From an uncultured Acidobacteriaceae bacterium (GTDB lineage Bacteria; Acidobacteriota; Terriglobia; Terriglobales; Acidobacteriaceae): a stretch of 64,000 nt of DNA. A program made the position numbers and the translations under genes. Below the pieces are notes generated by a model that saw only the letters and a list, made by a program, of their open reading frames with translations, made no database searches and was not told the origin of the DNA. Within the stretch, counting starts at the first letter, position 1, and every line of letters begins with the position of its first letter. The stretch is taken from the NCBI GenBank assembly GCA_963822025.1, contig CAWGFW010000002.1, positions 23,068-87,067 on the forward strand. The letters are read 5' to 3'. Positions 18,536 through 25,496 of this stretch are shown here, piece after piece.

Positions 18536-19543
18536 TTACAAATCCGCAATTCTCTGCCGCCGTTCGCAACTGCCGTTAGCATCCAGCCAGTTAAGCAGCG
18601 CACGCACGCTACCGCGCGCTAGCGCAATCGCGCAATCGGCAGCTCCGTAATAAACATTGATGGTGTCGCCATCTGCATCCATGGTGTAGCCACAGGGGAA
18701 CACCACATCGTCAACATCGCCGTGGAGTTCGTATGGAGCCTCGGGTCCAAAGATCCAGGAGTCTCCCCGCAGCAGGCATTTTTCCGGATTCTGAAGATCG
18801 AAAAGCGCCAATCCCAAACGATAGAGGCAGCCCGAAGGCGTGTGCCGTACGCCGTGGTAAAAGACCAGCCATCCCCTTGAAGTTTCGATGGGTGGAGGAG
18901 ATAGCCCGATCTTATTTGCATCCCACCAGGCGCCGCGGCGAGCTTCCAGCATCAGCCTATGCCTCCCCCAATACCGCAGGTCGGGAGAATAAGAAATCCA
19001 CATGTGGGCTCCGAGCGCCGTCATCGGGCGGTGGATGAGCGCCCAGCATCCATCGATTCTCCGCGGCAAGAGCGCCGAGTCTTTGTCGTCTGGCGGCATG
19101 ATCACGCCGTAGCGCTCAAAACTCCGGAAGTCTTTGGTCAGCGCCAAGGACACTCCGGGCCCTCCGCGCGAGTAAGAAGTATAAGTCACCACGTATTGCT
19201 GCAGCTCGGGCACAAACGTGATCCGCGGATCCTCAATGCCCCAGAGCTCTTCCGGAAAATGCTGCGCGTCGGGCATCAAGGTTGGTTCGCGGTCGATTTG
19301 CCAGCCGTCGACCCCATTCTTGGAGCGGGCGGCGCAAAGATGCGATAAGCCGCGACGGTCTTCGACACGGCAAAGCAGCAATGTCGTTCCATCGGCTAAC
19401 AGCGTCGCGCCAGCATTGAACACACTGTTAATTGAGTACGGCCAATCCTTCCGCGTGAGGATGGGGTTGGCCGCGTGACGTACAAGCAAAGTTGAATAGT
19501 GCGTGTTTTCGACATTGGCCAGAGTTGTTTCGGGAGTAGTCAT
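18536..19543 (-). CDS. GH130 family beta-mannoside phosphorylase/glycosidase-like protein
   Basis: 335 aa. ..NPIL...DWPY..NSVFNAGA......T.LL.RVED..G.S.L..A.S.NG..W.. and a five-bladed-propeller-like layout, as I recall for GH130. Confidence 0.8.
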   Translation of the reverse strand: MTTPETTLANVENTHYSTLLVRHAANPILTRKDWPYSINSVFNAGATLLADGTTLLLCRVEDRRGLSHLCAARSKNGVDGWQIDREPTLMPDAQHFPEELWGIEDPRITFVPELQQYVVTYTSYSRGGPGVSLALTKDFRSFERYGVIMPPDDKDSALLPRRIDGCWALIHRPMTALGAHMWISYSPDLRYWGRHRLMLEARRGAWWDANKIGLSPPPIETSRGWLVFYHGVRHTPSGCLYRLGLALFDLQNPEKCLLRGDSWIFGPEAPYELHGDVDDVVFPCGYTMDADGDTINVYYGAADCAIALARGSVRALLNWLDANGSCERRQRIADL

Positions 19544-19550
19544 GAATGAA

Positions 19551-21929
19551 TCAGCCTTTCCTTGGGCGCTCGGAATTTTGTATCGCCCGCATTTCCAGAA
19601 GTGCCATCAAAAACGACAGGGTTGATTCTGCTCCCTCATTCTGGTTGGCGCGCTCCGGATGCAAGCCGTCCCGGCAACCCCCGGTGATTGCGTCGTAGAG
19701 AGGGATTTGGAGATCGTTGTTGCCAAGAAACCAGTTGAAGACCCACCAGGACTCCTGGCGCCAGCGGACGTCGCCAGTTACGCGATAAGCTTCGAGACAT
19801 GCGGAGACCGCGCCAGCAGCCTCAATCGGCTGTTGATCGAAACGCGCCTTTTCACCGCCTTGACGATAGAAGCCTTGTGACCCGATAGGCACGAAATGCT
19901 TTTGGCTTTCGCAACGCTGCTCCTGCAGCAGCCAATCGAGAGCCTCGAGACCATCTGAGATCATGCGATCGTCGGAACAGGCGGACCCCACGACCAGCAT
20001 CGCTTGCGGCAATCGCGCGTTGCCGTAGGCCACGACATTTTCGAACCACTTCCAATCGGGCCGACGGATCGACTCATACATTTCGAGCAATCGTCGACCG
20101 AGCACCGATCTGATCTTTTGCGCGTCCCGATCTCCCGGATAGGAATTGAGATACTCCTGAATTCCAAGCAAACTATAGGCGGCGGCGCGCGGACTATAGA
20201 GTTTCACGGCTGTGGGAAGCGAAAACTCGAACAGGCGCCCTGCAGCGCTCCTCAATGCTTGATTGTCGGATCGGCCTAAGATCGTCCCCAAGCTCCACAA
20301 CGCGCGGCCGTGGCAGTCTTCGGAACCTACCGTTTCATTCCAGCGGCGATCATAGCCGAGAAAGTTTCGAAATCTGCCGGTTGCAGCATCGAACGCATGC
20401 TCGAGAAAGGACAAATAGCGGGAAGAGAAATCGGGGCAATTGGGGTCCGCCTCGCCGAATCCCGTCTTCCGCATTTGCGCCAGCATTACCGCGAAAATCA
20501 GCGCCCGGGCGTTGTCATCGCTGGTATAGCCTTCCGCTCGGTTGGGGATGGTAAAGATCGCGTGTTGCAAAATTCCCGTGTCATCCGTGAGCGCGTTCAC
20601 ATGATCCAGGTTCAACTCCGGCAGTTGATCGAACACTTTGGGAATGGCGCGAGCCGAGAACTGAACCCGCGGGGTCACCATGCGGTCGCTGCGAACGCGA
20701 CTGAAGCTTTCCATGTAGCCTTGCGCCACTTTTCCCCAGACCATGTCGCGCGCGAATGTATAAGCACGTTTGCGCATGGCATGGCGGATGGCAGGCGTAT
20801 TCAGCAGTTCGATCGTCTTGTTAGCGATCGCGTCGGGATTTTGGAACGGGACCAGCGCACCCCGGCGGTCGTCCAGCAACTCGATCGCGTGCCAGTAGGG
20901 GGTCGAAATGATTGCCTTGCCCGCACCCATGGCATAGGCAAGCGTTCCGGACACTACCTGTTCCTCGTAGCGATAAGGCGTGATGTAGATATCGGCCGCG
21001 CCAATAAACGCAGCCATTTCTTCGGGAGTGGCAAAGCGATCGTGAAAGATCACCTGGGCTTCCACCCCAATTTCCTTCGCCAAGGCCTTCAAACTTTCTC
21101 GATACTTGTCCCCCTCGCGACGGAGAATGTGAGGATGGGTCGCACCGGAAACAATATAGGCAACGTTGTTGTGCCTGGCCAAAATCTGCGGCAGCGCTTG
21201 AATTACATTTTCAATTCCCTTGTTCGGCGAGAGCAGGCCAAACGTCAGCAGCACCGCTTTTCCTTCCACGCCAAAGCGATCCTTGTAGAAATTGGGATCG
21301 AGGAAGGGCAGATCCGGAACACCATGCGGCACCATGTCGATTTTGCTGCCCGGCACTTTAAAGATTTCCTGCAGGAACTGCGAGGAAAGCTCACTCATCA
21401 CGATCAGACGATCGGAAAGCTCTGCGATCTCTTTCATGACGGCGCGCTGCTCGGGATTAGGCTCGCGTAAAACGGTGTGCAGCGTAGTCACCACCGGCAT
21501 CTTCAAACCGCGCAACAGGTGCAGAATGTGGCCTCCGGCTGGGCCTCCGAAAATTCCATACTCGTGCTGCAAACACACCATGTCGATATTGTTGAAGTTT
21601 AAGAATGACGACGCATCCTCGTATGACTTCACCTCATCCTGGTCGAGCGACCAGCGCACCGGCGCGGGATACTCGTATCCTTGCACCGTGTCGTTTACGG
21701 GCAGCGCCAGCAATTGAGTGGTTTCATACTCAGCTGCTATCGCCGCGCACAAGTCTGTAGTAAATGTCGCTATACCGCACTGTCGCGGAAGATAATTCCC
21801 GATCACCGCGATGCGACTCGGCAGCGACGGCTTTGGCTGGACTCGCGGACGAGGCAACTGCGTCACCATGGCGCGTGCAACCATATCTCCCAAGAGTCCA
21901 TCGGGAAACACGGTTATAGGTAGCGCCAT
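19551..21929 (-). CDS. GT4 glycosyltransferase fused to a ~360-aa C-terminal (alpha/alpha)-barrel-like domain
   Basis: 792 aa. The N-terminal ~420 aa are GT-B/GT4-like (..IAVIGNYLPRQCGIATFT.., ..E.FGL...EA.A.G-type region). The C-terminal half is helical with ..GYTSDDNARAL.., ..HGRALWSLG... Stop lies 7 nt before the GH130 start. Confidence 0.8.
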   Translation of the reverse strand: MALPITVFPDGLLGDMVARAMVTQLPRPRVQPKPSLPSRIAVIGNYLPRQCGIATFTTDLCAAIAAEYETTQLLALPVNDTVQGYEYPAPVRWSLDQDEVKSYEDASSFLNFNNIDMVCLQHEYGIFGGPAGGHILHLLRGLKMPVVTTLHTVLREPNPEQRAVMKEIAELSDRLIVMSELSSQFLQEIFKVPGSKIDMVPHGVPDLPFLDPNFYKDRFGVEGKAVLLTFGLLSPNKGIENVIQALPQILARHNNVAYIVSGATHPHILRREGDKYRESLKALAKEIGVEAQVIFHDRFATPEEMAAFIGAADIYITPYRYEEQVVSGTLAYAMGAGKAIISTPYWHAIELLDDRRGALVPFQNPDAIANKTIELLNTPAIRHAMRKRAYTFARDMVWGKVAQGYMESFSRVRSDRMVTPRVQFSARAIPKVFDQLPELNLDHVNALTDDTGILQHAIFTIPNRAEGYTSDDNARALIFAVMLAQMRKTGFGEADPNCPDFSSRYLSFLEHAFDAATGRFRNFLGYDRRWNETVGSEDCHGRALWSLGTILGRSDNQALRSAAGRLFEFSLPTAVKLYSPRAAAYSLLGIQEYLNSYPGDRDAQKIRSVLGRRLLEMYESIRRPDWKWFENVVAYGNARLPQAMLVVGSACSDDRMISDGLEALDWLLQEQRCESQKHFVPIGSQGFYRQGGEKARFDQQPIEAAGAVSACLEAYRVTGDVRWRQESWWVFNWFLGNNDLQIPLYDAITGGCRDGLHPERANQNEGAESTLSFLMALLEMRAIQNSERPRKG

Positions 21930-22012
21930 TTTTTTCTCGCTTTCTTGAGTGCTCGGTTGAAAAGACCGGACGGAAACAGCACCTGGGGAGTCTAGATAGT
22001 TCGGCCGATGTG

Positions 22013-22038
22013 GAGGTCCCTAGTAGAGGTCCCTACTG
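22013..22038. promoter_or_regulatory. tandem 13-bp direct repeat (GAGGTCCCTAGTA GAGGTCCCTACTG)
   Basis: First 10 nt of each unit are identical. Lies 84-109 nt upstream of the GT4 start codon (21929, minus strand). Confidence 0.4.
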
Positions 22039-22078
22039 GTCATTATCACTATTATTCAACGAAAACCGCCTTTCGGAC

Positions 22079-22094
22079 TGGTCAAAATTGACCA
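22079..22094. promoter_or_regulatory. inverted repeat TGGTCAA-AA-TTGACCA
   Basis: Perfect 7-bp arms with a 2-bp spacer, in the same intergenic region as the direct repeat. Confidence 0.35.
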
Positions 22095-22268
22095 CAGCCT
22101 GTCGAAAGAGCGCTCACGGGGAGCCATGCGCTAGCGAATACATCGCCAGACTTTGTCTCTGCTTTTGTTGCGCGGCAGTTCACCGCTGCGACAAAGAACT
22201 TGCCTTGAATACCGGGCTTAGGAGCCGAGAGAACGTGTCGTTCACATCGACCCACCCGTCGCCGATGA

Positions 22269-23285
22269 TCACTGCCGATTCTCTTCCCCCACCACCGTGA
22301 TCTTCGTATCCGTACGGAATTTCTTGTAGTCCCGATAGACTTGCTCTACATCTTCGTCGTAGTTCTTAAACAGCGCCAACCGTAAATCGACGTGGGCCTG
22401 CACCCGCTTCGGGAGCCAGACTTCATCATTCACATGCGTCAGCTCGACCTGCACCCGCGTACCTTTGTGTATGCGGGCCAACACTAAGCCAAACGAGATC
22501 GTGTCAAGAGTGGTGATGTCCAGTTTCACCCACTGCGCTTCGGCTTTGTCGATCCAAATGCGCCCCTTGACTTTGCTTAGCATCTTCGCTTCGCGACTCT
22601 TAGGCTCGTAGCCAGGACGCGGTTCCCCATCGAGCACCCACGTGTCGTGCCCGTCCACAACCTCAGATCCGACAAGCCGAAAATTAAATGCGTCCGCAAC
22701 CTCCAAAACAAACTTGCGGTCGTCTTCACGCTCTTTTTCGTCGCGCGCCAAACGCTTGCGCCGCGCCTCCTCTGATTCATTCTTTCGTTTATCGATGATC
22801 TTCTGAATCTTCTCGTCCTCCTTCTTCGCCTCATCGGCCGGCAGCGGCTTATCATCCTTCGCCGTCAGCCGCTCCACGGGCTCTCCATAAATCTCCAGAA
22901 CCTCCGAGGTTCGCGATTCCGTCTTCTTCACCGCGCCATGACCATCAAGGTGATGTTGCTCGTCGCGCTCGACATACGTATAGTCCCGCTGCTGCTTGTC
23001 GTTCTGAATATCTTTCTCTTCCGCCCGCCGCAGCAACTCACGAATCTGTTCAACCGGCACAGCCCCGCTGGCGTCAGGCTTGAGATCGACGGGGTTAAGA
23101 TCGACAGGCTTAAGATTCAAAGCGGCTGGAGTTGAAGCGACGGGCGAGACCGGGCCAGCGTCCTGAGCCAGGACGCGACCGGAGAAAAACACAACCGCGA
23201 CGCCGAAACCGATACCGAAACAGAAAATGGGCGCAAACCGAAAGCGCATACTCAAAGTACGAAACAAAAGCGGCCGCAGTTCCAC
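22269..23285 (-). CDS. hypothetical secreted protein
   Basis: 338 aa. GTG start with GAGGGA SD, hydrophobic signal region, Lys/Glu/Asp/Arg-rich central segment, and a beta-rich C-terminal ~130 aa that vaguely resembles lipoprotein-sorting (LolA-like) folds. Confidence 0.6.
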   Translation of the reverse strand: MELRPLLFRTLSMRFRFAPIFCFGIGFGVAVVFFSGRVLAQDAGPVSPVASTPAALNLKPVDLNPVDLKPDASGAVPVEQIRELLRRAEEKDIQNDKQQRDYTYVERDEQHHLDGHGAVKKTESRTSEVLEIYGEPVERLTAKDDKPLPADEAKKEDEKIQKIIDKRKNESEEARRKRLARDEKEREDDRKFVLEVADAFNFRLVGSEVVDGHDTWVLDGEPRPGYEPKSREAKMLSKVKGRIWIDKAEAQWVKLDITTLDTISFGLVLARIHKGTRVQVELTHVNDEVWLPKRVQAHVDLRLALFKNYDEDVEQVYRDYKKFRTDTKITVVGEENRQ

Positions 23286-23343
23286 GAGTTTCCCTCTGTG
23301 TTCCTCTGTGCTCCCCGCGGTTAAAGATTCTGATACTACTTAG

Positions 23344-23967
23344 TTAATCCTTTTTGGCCGCACGTTCCAGGCATCCCGCCCGAAACGACCGCCCATCCAG
23401 CCGATGCAGTCGTTTCGCCTGCGCCCGCGTAATCAGCGGAGAATGAGAAATCGTCAGCAGGTATTCCGCGACAAACCACACCGGCTGCTCGGTCGTCATC
23501 CAATCGAGCGAATCGAACCGCCGCATATGGACGGGCCGAGAGAAAGTCCGCAGCGTCCTCTCCCCTCGCAGGTTGAAGTAAGTGTCAAAGTAACTGATTG
23601 CCAGCTCGCGCAGCGAACGATAGACCGGCTCGCGATAGCGGCAGCCGGTATAGTTCGATTTGGCCAGAGCGCCCCAGTGTCCATCGATTTGATAAACGGC
23701 AATCACGTGATCGGTATCGTGCTCGGCCTCGAGATCGAGGATCAGCGGAGGGTATCCAATGGCGCGCAATGCCGCCGCCGCAAACAGCGCTCCCTCATAG
23801 CAATGCGAGGTGTTCTCCCGCAGCACGCGACGCGGCGACCAGGCGCTGTCGGCCAGGTGGTAGGGCATGGCATCGAGCGCCCGCTGGATGCCAAAGGGCG
23901 TCTTCAGCCCTCTCAGCTTCCGGAGCTCGGCAGGGGTCAAGCCCCAGGAATTATCTTGATTAGCCAC
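23344..23967 (-). CDS. transglutaminase-like cysteine peptidase superfamily protein (hypothetical)
   Basis: Cys..His..Asp/Asn order in ..TSHCYEGALFAAAALRAIGYP.. / ..DHVIAVY.IDGHWGALAKSN... Start set at GTG 23967, because the longer ORF (to 24192) would read through a parS site and an AT-rich promoter-like island. Confidence 0.55.
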   Translation of the reverse strand: MANQDNSWGLTPAELRKLRGLKTPFGIQRALDAMPYHLADSAWSPRRVLRENTSHCYEGALFAAAALRAIGYPPLILDLEAEHDTDHVIAVYQIDGHWGALAKSNYTGCRYREPVYRSLRELAISYFDTYFNLRGERTLRTFSRPVHMRRFDSLDWMTTEQPVWFVAEYLLTISHSPLITRAQAKRLHRLDGRSFRAGCLERAAKKD

Positions 23968-23980
23968 GCATTTATGAGAT

Positions 23981-23998
23981 ATGTTCCACGTGGAACAT
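23981..23998. other. parS centromere-like site (core TGTTCCACGTGGAACA at 23982-23997)
   Basis: Perfect 18-bp palindrome ATGTTCCACGTGGAACAT. The 16-bp core equals the fully symmetric form of the chromosomal parS consensus TGTTNCACGTGAAACA. Intergenic, between divergent genes. Confidence 0.85.
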
Positions 23999-24046
23999 TT
24001 GTACTGGCGCTGCTGTACGTATAATAGTATACATATAGGTACTCTT

Positions 24047-24304
24047 ATGAAGAAAAGAAAGCTAGTCGCGAAGCCGCGAAAAATTGCTCGGCTGCGGGCC
24101 TCCTCCGTCGAGCGAGAGAGACCTTCGTCCGGAGTCGGGCCGGAGTGGTCGCGATACTTCAGGCCAATCAAGAAGCCGATCACGTTGCGCATCGACGCCG
24201 ACGTTCTCGCCTGGTTCCAAAAGCAAGGACGAGGCTACCAGACAAGGATCAATCGAGCGCTGCGCAAGGTGATGACGGAGGAAATGCGGAAGTCGGGGAC
24301 CTGA
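24047..24304 (+). CDS. BrnA-like (DUF4415-type) antitoxin family protein
   Basis: 85 aa. The C-terminal ..ITLRIDADVLAWFQKQGRGYQTRINRALRKVM.. is the pattern I recall for BrnA/DUF4415. Start at ATG 24047; the listed ORF start 23981 lies inside the parS site. Confidence 0.7.
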   Translation: MKKRKLVAKPRKIARLRASSVERERPSSGVGPEWSRYFRPIKKPITLRIDADVLAWFQKQGRGYQTRINRALRKVMTEEMRKSGT

Positions 24305-24417
24305 GCAGCGGAGGCAGGTTCCCACCTAAAGTTAGGCTAGGATGTCCTTGTGCCTCGCTTCATGATCCTGATTCGTCGCATAGTGCTCTCCCTGATCTGG
24401 CTCTCCGCCTTTGTTAG

Positions 24418-24570
24418 GACCGGTGGCGCCGAGGACGCTCGGGCGGAAAGGAATTCGACCGCTCTGCGCTAGAAGCAGTACGTGGCAGGCGGTTCAAGCC
24501 TGCGATCTGCAACGGACAACCGATCTCCACACATATCAACGTTGAGATCAGGTTCGCGCCTTATCGGTAG
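24418..24570 (+). pseudogene. TonB C-terminal domain remnant
   Basis: Hand translation gives ..KEFDRSALEAVRGRRFKPAICNGQPISTHINVEIRFAPYR*, like the last strands of a TonB_C domain. No start codon and no Pro-rich or TM part in frame. A TM-like peptide (MILIRRIVLSLIWLSAFV) sits upstream in another frame. Confidence 0.4.
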
Positions 24571-25291
24571 GCGTAGTTAGGAGCAACTCGCCCAGTTCAC
24601 GCGGACTCTCGATCAGCACATCGGGAGGCACGCTTTCCAAAGTATGCGGGGCAAAGCCGTAGGTCACGCCGCAGGTCCAGAGGCCCGCATTTTGTCCCGT
24701 CATGACGTTTACCGATGAGTCGCCGATCATCAACGAGTCCTCAGGTTGGATGCCGGTTTCGTTGAGGATAGTCTGAATGCCAAGGGGGTCGGGCTTCTTG
24801 GTAGGGAAACTGTTCCCGCCGTAGACGCTGATAAAAAATTCCGCCAAGCCCAGCACTCGTATTATGTCGCGCGATGGGTGAACCGGTTTGTTGGTGAGCA
24901 CGGCCATTTGGCGTGGCGCGCCGGGCGACGGATTTCCGTTCGAAGGCTTCGCGAGTTGCGCCAGTGTTTCGCGAATTCCTTCGTAGAGGGTGGTGTGATC
25001 CAATTTGTGCACTCGGTAATAGCCGAGAAAGTATTCGAGAGCTCGCGGTAGTAACGCTTCATTGGTGCTGTCGATGTCTGCATCCCCCAGAACGCGGCGA
25101 ATGAGAGCGGGAGCGCCGTCTCCGACATAGCTGGCGATGACGTCTCCGTCGAGTGCGGGCCGTCCGAGGTGGTGCAACGTTGCGTTCACGGAATGAATCA
25201 AATCAAGGCGCGAATCGATCAGAGTTCCATCAAGATCGAAGACCAGCAGGCGAATTTTATGAGCATCGAAGGGGCGGAGGAAGCGAATCAT
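24548..25291 (-). CDS. HAD-IA family hydrolase (phosphoglycolate phosphatase-like)
   Basis: 247 aa. Motif I is FDLDGTLIDS. Also has ..LTNK.. and a late ..GDS..D...G.NAG.. motif. Confidence 0.85.
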   Translation of the reverse strand: MIRFLRPFDAHKIRLLVFDLDGTLIDSRLDLIHSVNATLHHLGRPALDGDVIASYVGDGAPALIRRVLGDADIDSTNEALLPRALEYFLGYYRVHKLDHTTLYEGIRETLAQLAKPSNGNPSPGAPRQMAVLTNKPVHPSRDIIRVLGLAEFFISVYGGNSFPTKKPDPLGIQTILNETGIQPEDSLMIGDSSVNVMTGQNAGLWTCGVTYGFAPHTLESVPPDVLIESPRELGELLLTTPTDKART

Positions 25292-25496
25292 TAGAGATCA
25301 GGATAAATCAGGGAGCAGAGGCAGATGACAGGAAAGGCATCCGGAAGGAAAAGCCGGGCCCAGGAGAATCGGGTGCGGGAAAGGCTGCGAGATGAAAAGG
25401 TTTCCCTCGCACCTGCTTTTCCTGATTTGCTGGTTTTTCCTGACCTCTGATTTACAATGATGCCGGGCTGGAACTCTTTGGAGTGAACGGCACACG

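Noticed and set aside
20310-21470. 386-aa ORF antisense to the GT4 fusion gene
   Set aside because: It is embedded in a well-supported minus-strand gene and has no start context or family resemblance.
23968-24192. N-terminal 75 codons of the listed 282-aa ORF, and the MFHVEHLYW.. start of the 107-aa ORF at 23981
   Set aside because: Both read through the parS palindrome and the AT-rich TATAAT island. Better starts with sensible context exist at GTG 23967 and ATG 24047.
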